From: Octopus sinensis | Lineage: Eukaryota | Direction: 5' to 3' | NCBI RefSeq assembly: GCF_006345805.1 | Contig: NW_021835944.1 | Location: 1-37,225, forward strand | DNA: 37,225 bases | Shown: positions 1 to 10,469 of the stretch, in pieces | How positions within the stretch are numbered: the first letter of the stretch is position 1 | Layout: the number at the start of each line of letters is the position of its first letter | The notes under the pieces: model-generated | What the model saw: only the letters and a program-made list of their open reading frames with translations | What the model was told of the DNA's origin: nothing | Databases searched by the model: none | Position numbers and translations under genes: made by a program

Positions 1-398
1 TTACTCCTTCTACACTTGCGTGTAGCCTATCCGTTTCCCGTGTTTTCTGCGACTTACACACGCAAACATATGCACACACACACACACACACACATACATA
101 CGTACATATATATATATATATATATTATGTCATCACAGATAGATGAATGAGTTAAATCGTATAAGGTAACACTTTTAACATATTCTCATAATTGCAAACT
201 GCCAAATTAAGTATCTAAATGTGTACGTGGAAATAATTATAATCGAGATGCTGATAATTTCATCACATCTGTTACAAGAAAGTTCACTTAGAACATTCCA
301 GCATTTATCATTCCTAAGAAAATAAGGTTTGCGGATACGAAATCCGAAGAAAAAAAAACCTTTAAATATTTTCTGATAATAATATATGTACGTATGAA

Positions 399-613
399 AT
401 GGGATAGCCTGGCTGGATTGTTAGCACGCCTGTCAAATGCATGGCCGCTTTTCGCCTGTCTTTTCGTTCTGAGTTCAAATTCTCCCGAGGTCTACTTCGC
501 CACTCGTATTATCGGCGGTGATGAAATAAGTACCAGTGGAGCACTGAGGTCGGTGAAATAGACGTACGCCCTCCCACGAAATTGCTGGCCTTGTGCTAAA
601 TTCTGAAACCAAT
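399..613 (+). mobile_element. Diverged tRNA-derived SINE, family B
   Basis: Shares the body TTCTGAGTTCAAATT..CGAGGTC.ACTT...AAATAAGTACCAG and tail GGCCTTGTGC.AAATT.TGAAACCAAT with more than 15 other copies in the window. Confidence 0.75.
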
Positions 614-841
614 TCATATGCGTATAATCGTATATAACCGTGAGTATATATATGTATGCATAAATGGAGCGTAAGAAATATTTGTACGTATAAGTACATA
701 CAAACACACGCATCCATACATAGACACAACCACACACACACACACACACACACATGTATATATATGTAAATATATAGATATGTATAAGGAATACACGTCT
801 GTATGTATGTATGTATGTATATATATATATATATATATATC

Positions 842-1143
842 TCACGTGACCGACCAGGCTATCAGATGTTGCTACACATCACTGGTCACAATGCGCTTCG
901 CATTGTTTTAGCCATCAAGTGATGCAACTCCGCTGGCTAAGTGAGCAAGACAACAGAAGAAAGAGTGAGAGAAAGTTGTGGCGAAAGCGTACAGCACGGA
1001 TCGCATCCATCACCAGCCGGAGCATCGTGGAGCCTTAGGTGTTTTCGCTCAATAAAAACTAACAACGCCCGGTCCGGGAATCGAAACCGCGATCCTACGA
1101 CCGCGAGTTCGCTGCTCTAACCACTTGTCCATTTTGCCTCCAC
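842..1143 (-). mobile_element. Near full-length tRNA-derived SINE, family D
   Basis: Minus-strand head GTGGAGGCAAAATGGACAAGTGGTTAGAGCAGCG..GTTTCGATTCCCGG with A- and B-box-like motifs. Tail hairpins CAATGCG-CTT-CGCATTG (889-905) and GATGT-TGCTAC-ACATC. Second copy of head and body at 21263-21453. Confidence 0.8.
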
Positions 1144-1146
1144 ATA

Positions 1147-1191
1147 TCTATCTATCTACCTATCTATCTATCTACCTATGTACCTATGTAC

Positions 1192-1278
<87 letters not shown>

Positions 1279-1296
1279 CACACACACACACACACA

Positions 1297-1330
<34 letters not shown>
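1147..1330. repeat. Compound microsatellite (TATC)n-(CA)n-(TA)n
   Basis: Read directly from the sequence. Confidence 0.95.
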
Positions 1331-1332
<2 letters not shown>

Positions 1333-1421
1333 GAATAAATGAAAAGAATGGAGTTGAACGAAGATTTTAACAAGATTCCTTTACTTTCGACATATATTTC
1401 GAAGACTCCATACTCTTAATT
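1331..1421 (-). mobile_element. Inverted partial copy of the family G (Penelope-like) 3' end
   Basis: Reverse complement matches 1770-1860 at 87 of 91 positions. Confidence 0.85.
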
Positions 1422-1689
1422 GTCCCCCCCCCACACAGACATTTGCAAACACACACAGACAGACACAGATGCAGTTATATACACACACTCATACACACAC
1501 ACAAACACTCAAACTCATTAACAAAACATACACCCGTCAATCCCCATACATACAGCATACATACTGTCACCTTCCTATTTTTTATAACTTCCTCCTTCCA
1601 TCCAATTTTGACGTCATTGCTTATAACGGATTATTTTAAATAAATAATTATTATCACTGTGGAAACCATGTAGGCAGACGGTAAGAAGC

Positions 1690-1860
1690 TTTTGTTCGTC
1701 TTGAGGCTGATAGAGGTTCCTTGTATTTCCTGATGAGAAGACGGCATAATGCAACCTTCATTCCTTCGGAATTAAGAGTATGAAGTCTTCGAAACATATG
1801 TCGAAAGTAAAGGAATTTTGTTAAAATCTTCGTTCAACTCCATTATTTTCATTTATTCAT
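1690..1860 (+). mobile_element. Family G Penelope-like pLTR/3' fragment
   Basis: Homologous to 17700-17876 and contains a type I hammerhead with palindromic stem III, the hallmark of PLE pLTRs. The PLE assignment is inferred from that hallmark. Confidence 0.7.
1717..1815 (+). ncRNA. Type I hammerhead ribozyme, predicted cleavage after GUC at 1802
   Basis: Stem I TTCCTT..TTTC / GAAA..AAGGAA; core CTGATGA 1730-1736; stem II GAAGAC (1737-42) / GTCTTC (1785-90); GAAA 1791-94; palindromic ACATATGT; cleavage triplet GTC. Confidence 0.8.
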
Positions 1861-2003
1861 ATAAAAAAACACACAAATTTCCACACACGAACATGGGGTT
1901 CGGCCCTTGGCATGTCACTTCAACCGTGTTTTACTGATGTGAATTTGCTACCCAGGTATCGATTAACCGAATTATCCATACTAGGATAATTCACTCATCT
2001 ACT

Positions 2004-2048
<45 letters not shown>

Positions 2049-2403
2049 ATATCGTAAATCAAATACACATACACACACACACACACTCACATATTGATAG
2101 GAAAGTTATATAGGTGAATATGATTTGAACTAAGAGAATAATAAAATAAATTGAAAGCAGTTTGCAAGACATAAAGACAAATCTATTGCACAGGAGACTT
2201 ATTTGTAAATATTTCATTAGAACGCGGTACACGGTGGCATAATGCGACGTATGTTACCAGGATTTACCAACCCACAAAATATACCCACGCACAAAAGAAC
2301 ACATTTTATAGTCGAACGATGAAAGTTTTCATAACTTGTAAATTTTAATGCATTAGCACAACAATTTCAATAAAGTGAAGATTGAAGTACGTTACATAAA
2401 AAA

Positions 2404-2448
<45 letters not shown>

Positions 2449-2579
2449 AATATACATACAACATCATTAGCGAATTGGTTCAATAATTCTAGCACTGTAA
2501 AACCAATCGTTAAATGAAGCGATGGCTAAGAACCGAAAGCAATTTTCTTATATATTTAATCGGCCATGTAAAATATGAC

Positions 2580-2828
2580 AGTAAACAACGGAAGCACATG
2601 TTTATAAATGTGTATTTATGTGTCGGTGTTTGTCTCCAAACTATCGTTATACAGCCGATGTTGGTGTGTTTATATCCCCGTAACTTAGCGGTTCGGCAAC
2701 AGACATCGATAGAGTAAGTACTAGGCTCATAAAGAATTATATGTCTTAGGGTCGATTTGTTCGATTAAAGGCGCTGCTTCATCATTCACACAGTCAAATG
2801 ACTGAATCAAGGAAACAAATAAAAGAAC
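2580..2828 (+). mobile_element. 5'-truncated SINE, family C
   Basis: CCCCGTAACTTAGCGGTTCGGCAA..GATAGA.TAAGTACTAGGCT..CAGTCAAATGACTGAA matches the other family C copies. Confidence 0.75.
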
Positions 2829-2854
2829 ACACATCACACACACACACACACACA

Positions 2855-2895
<41 letters not shown>

Positions 2896-2914
2896 CACAC
2901 ACATATATATAGGA

Positions 2915-3115
2915 GAGTTCACGAAAAAACAAAAGACGAAGACAGGTGGTGTACAAAACAAACAGATGTATTAGTATAACGCTCAGGAATAGAAAAGTCT
3001 TCTACGGTTCGAGCCTACGCTCTTTTGCAGAAAGAGACACAGAAAAAAAACAAGGAGAGAAAAAGAAAAATGTGTGTAGTGGTTACCGATCTATCATACT
3101 TACATATATATATTA
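2915..3115 (-). mobile_element. Family E Penelope-like 3' fragment with a degenerate minimal hammerhead
   Basis: Minus strand TCTTT-CTGCAAAA-GAGC-GTAG-GCTC-GAAC-CG-TA-GAAGA. Homologous to 7635-7705 and 20895-21030. Confidence 0.6.
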
Positions 3116-3190
3116 ATCTTTGGTGCGTGGGTGTGCTTTGTGCCTGTACGAGTACATGTATAGATGTATGTATGCACACAATCGCATACA

Positions 3191-3240
<50 letters not shown>

Positions 3241-3952
3241 CGTATGTGTGTCTGTGTGTGTCACTGTGACACAGTATGTATAAATGACTGTATGCATGTA
3301 TGTGTGCGCATGTGTGTAACAGTATGTGTCTACATGTGATAATATAACTGAAATGTGTTTCAAGACTAACTCCATTATCTGAAAGATACTATCTCAACAT
3401 TGCTATGAAAACAGGGCTGGGGACCTTTGTAGTCTAAACTATCAATTATAATTCTTAACTCGGCTATCGATGGAAGACAACGTCGTATCAAGAAATTAAA
3501 CTGTCACAATATGTATACACTTGTATCTATGTATTATACACCCATACACACACACACACACACACTTATATATATATAAACGCGCGTGTAAGTCTGTGTG
3601 CGCGTGTGCGTATGTGTATGCCTGCGTGTCTGTGTACATATGTATATATACGTATATATATATATAAAGATGTATCTCAACTAAGACAAATATATTCATA
3701 AATGTGGAAGTGTGAATATCTATTTAGATGTATATAGCTTTATATACTTAGCTACATAAAACATGCATACTTACATACTTACATATATACATGCCTACAC
3801 ATACGTGCATATACATAGTGTGTATATGAGTACATCTGTATATCTAACTATATATATGAAGACAGACTTATATACATACACACTGATACACACGCACACG
3901 GACACACATATCAGTGCTTAACATTTCTAAGGGCGTAACTGATCCTTCACAG

Positions 3953-4015
3953 TTATCAGGGTTCATGAAAAGTTATCAACATCTATACATAGTGACACTA
4001 TATTTTCAATAATAG
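3953..4015 (+). CDS. Weak candidate internal exon, phase 1-1 (IRVHEKLSTSIHSDTIFSII)
   Basis: ccttcacag acceptor, AG|gtaatg donor, 63 nt with one open frame. No recognised homology. Confidence 0.12.
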
Positions 4016-4164
4016 GTAATGTGAAAAAAATGGAGATAATTTTTCTATGTACTAGCGATTGTAAACTTGGTGGACCAGGGCAAATTCCTTATCTGTATAA
4101 ACATATAAAATTATATGTAATATATATATATATATATATATAATATATATATATATTATATATA

Positions 4165-4319
4165 TGTGGTAAGTTGCTTGCTAACCAACCACATGGTTCC
4201 GGGTTCAGTCCCACTGCGTGGCATCTTGGGCAAGTGTATTCTGCTATAGCCCCGGGCCGACCATTGCCTTGTGAGTGGATTTCGTAGACGGAAACTGAAA
4301 GAAGCCTGTCGCATATACG

Positions 4320-4352
<33 letters not shown>

Positions 4353-4562
4353 TTGTGTGTCTGTGTTTGTCCCCCTAGCATTGCTTGACAACCGATGCTG
4401 GGTTGTTTACGTCCCCGTCACTTAGCGGTTCGGCAAAAGAGACCGATAGAATAAGTACTGGGCTTACAAAGAATAAGTCTCGCAGTCGATTTGCTTGACT
4501 AAAAGCGGTGCTCCAGCATGGCCGCTGTCAAATGACTGAAACAAGTAAAAGAGTAAAAGAGT
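4165..4562 (+). mobile_element. Near full-length SINE, family C (CORE-like, possibly octopus OR type)
   Basis: tRNA-like head with GGTTCAGTCCC, a CTTGGGCAAGT core-like motif, an internal TA/TG microsatellite, and tail CTCCAGCATGGCCGC.GTCAAATGACTGAAAC ending in (AGTAAAAG)2. The family name is from memory. Confidence 0.85.
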
Positions 4563-4610
4563 ATACATACACACTTACATACTTGCATATAGTAAAAAAA
4601 TCAGCTTGGC

Positions 4611-4945
4611 TGGTACTCCTTCTGTTACGACGACAAGGGTTCCACTTGATCTGACCAACGGAACAGTTTCCTTGTGAAATTAACTTACAAGTGGCTGAGC
4701 ACTCCCAACACACGTGTACCCTAAATGTAATTCTCCGGGAGATTTCTCAGCGTGACAAAGTGTGTAATTCTCAGCATGACACAGGATGTGACAAGGCTGG
4801 CCCTTTGAAATACAGGTACTATTCATTTTTGCCAGCTGAGTGAACTGGAGCAACGTGAAATAAAGTGTGTTGCTCAGAGACAAACGTGTCACTGGGAATT
4901 GAACCCACGACCTTACGATCGTGAATCGAAGCTATACCCACTAAG
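4611..4945 (-). mobile_element. tRNA-derived SINE, family A
   Basis: Minus-strand head with GGTTCAATTCCC followed by GAGCAACACACTTTATTTCACGTTGCTCCAG..CAGCTGGCAAAAATGA. Homologous to 36620-36890 and 21075-21262. Confidence 0.8.
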
Positions 4946-5045
4946 ATTTTAAACGTTAGACATATTTATATAGTTGTATTGTATAAGCTTAAAGCGATTA
5001 CTGTTCAATGACTAAAGAAAATAGGATGATATAAGGCCTCTACAG

Positions 5046-5126
5046 AAAAGAAAGTAGGTGTTTCGGATTCGAACCGACACCTCCTCTTTAACGCGACTAA
5101 GTCTGTTGCCGTTACACCAGCAATTA
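5046..5126 (-). promoter_or_regulatory. Solitary tRNA-like Pol III cassette (A box, B box, T-run)
   Basis: A box TGGTGTAACGG (5119-5109), perfect B box GGTTCGAATCC (5075-5065) at canonical tRNA spacing, then TTTCTTTT. The acceptor stem does not pair, so this is not a functional tRNA. Confidence 0.5.
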
Positions 5127-6719
5127 TTATTTCCGCAATTGTATAAATCGAGGCTGCTTAACAAGACCATCGCAGTGAAAACGCACAAACACACACATAT
5201 CTGTAACATCTGGGTGGTAACACCTCATAGCAGCGCTGTTTTTTCATCATCAGACGTAGTGCTTAAAACGTGGAGATACGGGCGCCTTTTGAAATATCTG
5301 TAGAATCGTACGAGATTACAAAGCACATATAATATATTTTCTTTACATTTCACACACACACTCTCTTTCTCTAACACACACACGCGTATATATGAATAAT
5401 TGTTCATGGTACGTTCTTCTTTCTAATGAAGAAGAACAACTCTTAGCGCCTTATCCAATATACTGTTTTCTAGTTTCAAGTCAATTTCCACCAATATCTC
5501 ATAATCTTTACAACTAGATCGACAGACCATGTAGAAATTGTTTCTTTAACTATTATGTATAGCAATAAATGCCTAGTTTCCACTTGCTGAGTGTGTTCAA
5601 ATTTCACATGTCGTCTCTTAAACACCACACGTATGATAAAAAATTTAAATTCTCACGCTTTGAATTTATCATAGAGATTGTATATACAGCTCAATAGTAG
5701 ACTATTATCTCGAATGATTTTTGGTTGCTTTTATGTGGTTTTATGATTGATTTTAACTGCTATTTTTCTCGAGTTATGTAACCAGTCACGTTTACTTTCT
5801 CAAAATGATGACATATAACAACTTCAAGGTTTGATTCTTACAAGTCTCAAGATTTTTTTCTTCAAGACATTATATATTGCCCATATCCTTGTACTATCTT
5901 TAAATGCCTATGACATGTTTTTTACAGAATTTTCACTGCTATTACTAATGATTTATTATGCCAACAACGTTCTGTCTCTAATAAATCTAGTCAAGAAAAT
6001 CATTAAAATTTGGCATTTCATAAAGTGTATACATAACTCAAGTATATACGATTTCTTCGAATAACTTTTAAGAGGCTATGATGTGATTTTACGATGATTT
6101 AACTGCTCTTTCTAGCTGTGGAACCAATAACCTTCAATCGCTAAACTGAATGAAGAACAAATATTTGTCACTAGTTCGTAAAATCAGCCACACACTTTTA
6201 AGTCAATAGCGTAACGTCACTCGTTTAAATTGAAATATTTAAGTCTCAATCAGCAAGAACGATTTGGTCGAAAAAACCCAAGAAACATCAAAGAAATTCA
6301 AAAGTAATATCTAAGACTATTTGCAAGAGTTTGACGTCAAAGTCTTAGAACAATATGGTAAAGGAAGCATATGTTTAGACTTTCAGCCCATGTCAGATTA
6401 AATGCAAACATATATAAAATAAAGGCTAATAATGAAAATAAAAATAAGAAAATAATACTTAAATAACTAGCTATAAAAATACGCTCGAAACAACAAAAGG
6501 AAATTTAAATGGACTTGCCTAAACATAATTAGGTTTTGGACATAGTTTATTTATGTTTTCTTTTTCTAATTTTTCTTTAATTATTTTCTAGTTTATACCT
6601 TATGAATGTGTAGGAGATTTAATTTTATTTTTTGTAGATATATTTTGTATAGAGTATTGTATCGCAGGATATCTATGTTTGTGTGAATGTATATATGTAT
6701 ATAAATGTACATGCACACA

Positions 6720-6737
6720 TATACATACATAAATATG

Positions 6738-6801
<64 letters not shown>

Positions 6802-6973
6802 CATATATGCCTATATGTACATACCATTACTATATGTGTGTATATAAAATATATACATAATATTATATATGATACACACACACACATATATATATATAGA
6901 TATAGATATATATGAATATATATTTATATAAATAATTATGTATGGACACATGCATATATATATATGTGTGTGT

Positions 6974-7035
<62 letters not shown>
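6720..7035. repeat. Compound (TA)n-rich microsatellite
   Basis: Read directly from the sequence. Confidence 0.95.
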
Positions 7036-7036
<1 letters not shown>

Positions 7037-7560
7037 GTATTTATGTGTGCACATGTGCGTGCATATGTGTATAAACTCATATATGTAAGAATGCATGCAG
7101 CTATATGCACCCTCGCGCAGAGATGTGTGAGAGCTCAATGGCAATCCAATGTGTCTATATGCTTTCCAGCCAGTTTAAGCTGTTAATGTTTAATTCCTAA
7201 TTCAGTCACCGGGGAATTAACAAATTCGTAAAAAGAGAGATTAGTCGTTAAGGGATTCGTCCATTTAATTTGCTTCATATCGTTTGTTATTTGCTTTTAT
7301 TGACGCCATATTGTTTTATCTGACATTAGGTAAGGTACTTCTTTTTTTTATTTTTTGTTTCGGTCAGCCGAGTTTCTCTCAGATATGATAAAAAGAAAAT
7401 AATTTAAATTGTTTATTTGTCATTACAGCAAAGTTTGTATTTCCGATACGAAATAGAATGAACTGAAATTTTATATATATTAAGAGAAAAACTGTACGAA
7501 GAGTGTGGTAGGAATGGTAGACATCAACTAACACAGGAGGAAGAAAGAAAACGAACGATG

Positions 7561-7604
<44 letters not shown>

Positions 7605-7634
7605 TATGTGTGTGTGTGTGTGTATATAATATTT

Positions 7635-7705
7635 ACAGAAAACAAAAGACGAAGACGTGTGTGAACACCAAGTAGGTGTATTGGTTTAAGGGTCAGGAAT
7701 AATGG
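7635..7705 (-). mobile_element. Family E terminal fragment without the ribozyme
   Basis: AAAACAAAAGACGAAGAC..GTGTATT.GT.TAA..TCAGGAATA shared with 2925-2992. Confidence 0.55.
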
Positions 7706-8050
7706 CGCATTTATGGGGGAGACGTACACCGCAATTCGCTAAAATACATCTGTAATGTTTCACAATGTGTTTTGCGATACGCTGACCTTTTAAAATGTCC
7801 CTATTTCTTGTATATTTTATTATCATCGTGAATATGTATATGACGAGTAAAATACCCTTTATGTTAACACGCATATATCGTAATGTCTTTTACTTTGAAA
7901 TGATTTTTTTAACAACAACACCATTTGGATATAGTTTTCTATTGGATATAAAGCAGCGTTCCTGTCTGTGAGTATAACAAAAGACAACTGTGCAGATGTT
8001 ATAGACTTTTATCATATTAGATACGATATCTCCGAGTAATGTCTCTGCAG

Positions 8051-8155
8051 CTTCATACAATACTATGAAAGTTGGGTGCAGAAAGCTCTTCTAAAAAGTA
8101 TGGACATATCATATCAAACGATGTCATCGGTTATAAAGCGATGTCTTCTGCACAG
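8051..8155 (+). CDS. Candidate internal exon, phase 2-2 (FIQYYESWVQKALLKSMDISYQTMSSVIKRCLLH)
   Basis: tctctgcag acceptor, strong CAG|gtaggt donor, 105 nt open frame. Product not recognised. Confidence 0.2.
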
Positions 8156-9304
8156 GTAGGTACGTTTAAGTGTTCTATAAATTGCCATATTACCCTTGTT
8201 ATGTATATTGTGAACCCCGCTTCATAATATGCAAAAATACGAACATCGGTGTTTGCTTCTGAAACTCTCCTTAGGCCTTTGACTAAAATCAATATAGTGA
8301 AACGTTATTTTTGATGCTATTCACGTTGGACAGAACGGTAAAAGAGTTACACAAAATGCTATGACATTTCATTACCTCCCTTTGCATTCTAAATCAAAAT
8401 TCATCATTTGCACACATTTTGAGTTTTCTTTTATCTCTACTAAATATGTATAAAATATGTATTTCCTGCCGATACTGGTTGAGAAGCTTGATGCAATTTG
8501 ATATTCTGTGCAATAGAGCTTTAAAAACTAGTTTGGACCCAAACAGTTCATTTGAAACTAATAGAATACGGTTAGAATATCTATGTGCGGACACAGATAC
8601 CAAGATTAAAGAAAACTTATAAACGAATGACTAAACACGAAATGGTTGAGTGTAATACTGAAAAGAAAAAAAAAGCATTAAGGAAATGCCTTCTCAACAG
8701 CATTACTGCCACAGTGCTACTCTATAACTTGACTAAATGATAAAGATGAATACATTATAAAATGATAAACAAGTAGTACAGAAATAAATCTATTTACGAG
8801 ACGCGATGTCTCTTTTCACCAAATACTTAGAACCTATTCCCGTAGCGATTAGTGATTAATGCATTAAACAATCTATTACCAAAGTCTAACATCTTCTTTG
8901 AGACAAAAGTTTGGTTGAACAGGTGCTCTGTATTTAACGAATTCTAATTCGGTGAATTGGCTGAGCGTCAGACTAAAAGATGTTGCGTATTTGTTTCGAG
9001 TTTCAACTCTGTGCAAATTTGCCACTCATCTCTCCAGTTTCAATAAGGTAATGTACTTTTAATTAATTGACTGACCTAGCACAAATTTGTGACCGTGTAC
9101 CTATAATAAAAGCAATTATTGTTACGAAGTCGGTAGTTTTGCTTAATCATTAAAGCTCAGACAACATTTGACTTGAGTTATTTTAGTTGTGGTTCTTTGA
9201 GATTTTAGTTCATTTCACGTCGATATGAACTGAGTTCTAAGAAATAAATTATTGGGATCGATTTAATCAATTAACTAAAAACTGCAAATATTCTTCCCCT
9301 GTGA

Positions 9305-9418
9305 CTATACTGGCTTGAAAGTCCGGGACGAATGAGAAAGTCGACCACGGCGAAATTTTAACTCAGAACATGATGATATTTTGCCCTCCGTACTAACGAT
9401 TCTGTCAACTCGCCGCTG
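9305..9418 (-). mobile_element. Degenerate family B SINE
   Basis: AAAGTCGACCACGGCGAAATTTTAACTCAGAAC..CTAACGATTCTGTCAACTCGCCGC. Confidence 0.6.
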
Positions 9419-9463
9419 TCCCAACTGACTTCATTAGCAACTATAGCTGAAACACTAGAACTC

Positions 9464-9898
9464 TATATTCTTTTCTACGCTAGGCACAAGGCCCTAACGT
9501 TTTGAGAGAGGGATCTGTTGACCCCAGAACGCAACTGTTCGTAACTGGTACTTATTTTATCGACCAGCGCGTAATTGGTACTTATTTAATCGACCCCGAA
9601 AGGAGGAAAGGCAAAGTCGACCTCGACGGAATTTGAACTCAGAACGTAGCGGCAGACGAAATACCTATTTCTTTACTACCCACAAGTGGCTAAACATAGA
9701 GAGAACAAACAAGGACAGACAAACGGATTAAATCGATTATATCGACCCCAGTTCGTAACTGGTACTTAATTTATCGACCCTGAAAAGATGAAAGGCAAAG
9801 TCAACCTCGGCGGAATTTGAACTCAGAACGTAACGGCAGACAAAATACGGCTACGCATTTCGCCCAGCGTGCTAACGTGTCTGCCAGCTCTCCACCTT
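9464..9898 (-). mobile_element. Dimeric family B SINE: full monomer with long tail plus a head-truncated monomer
   Basis: Two successive copies of the AAAGGCAAAGTC.ACCTCG.CGGAATTTGAACTCAGAACGTA body, joined near 9665. Confidence 0.85.
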
Positions 9899-9957
9899 AC
9901 TATATGACTTCATTTTAACAATAGCTGAATCACTAGTATGCTATATTAGCAACTCCT

Positions 9958-10368
9958 TACTCTTTTACTCTTTTACTTGTTTCAGTCATTTGACTGCGGC
10001 CATGCTGGAGCACCACCTTTAATCGAGCAACTCGACCCCGGAACTTATTCTTTTTGTAAGCCCAGTACTTATTCCATCGGTCTCTTTTTGCGGAACCGCT
10101 AAGTAACGGGGACATAAACACACCAGCATCGGTTGTCAAGCAATGCTAGGGGGACAAACACAGGCACACATGCATACACACGCATATATATATACATATA
10201 TACGACGGGCTTCTTTTCAGTTTCCGTCTACCAAATCCACTCACAAGGCTTTGGTCGGCCCGAGGCTATAGTAGAAGACACTTGCCCATGGTGCCACGCA
10301 GTGGGACTGAACCCGGAACCATGTGGTTGGTAAACAAGCTACTTACCACACATCCACTCCTGCGCCTA
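9958..10368 (-). mobile_element. Full-length SINE, family C
   Basis: Head AGGCGCAGGAGTGGATGTGTGGTAAG..GGTTCAGTCCC, roughly 90% identical by eye to 4165-4562 in the 5' half, with an (AGTAAAAG)n tail. Confidence 0.9.
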
Positions 10369-10469
10369 TAACTGTAACTGAATCATTATAATGCTGAAGA
10401 AATTCTATGCAGGAGTTGTTTTGATTGTTCAGTTTCTGTTCAAATCCTGTGGAGATCAGTATAGATTAT

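Noticed and set aside
1635-1715. Possible Penelope ORF C-terminus upstream of the ribozyme (LNK*LLSLWKPCRQ, compare LNKR.E..S.CRH)
   Set aside because: It needs a stop and a frameshift in AT-rich sequence; too weak to call.
4089-4391. Recurrent peptides such as MSSNARGTNT..GLNPEPCGW (also 10133) and ..KGKVDLGR (475, 14246, 23050)
   Set aside because: They recur because they are translations of SINE families C and B, not paralogous genes.
5055-5126. Functional tRNA gene
   Set aside because: Acceptor and anticodon stems do not pair; kept only as a Pol III-like cassette.
5225-5260. CTGATGA on the minus strand near 5252 (also near 11700)
   Set aside because: No stem II followed by GAAA and no stem III or UH triplet, so not a hammerhead.
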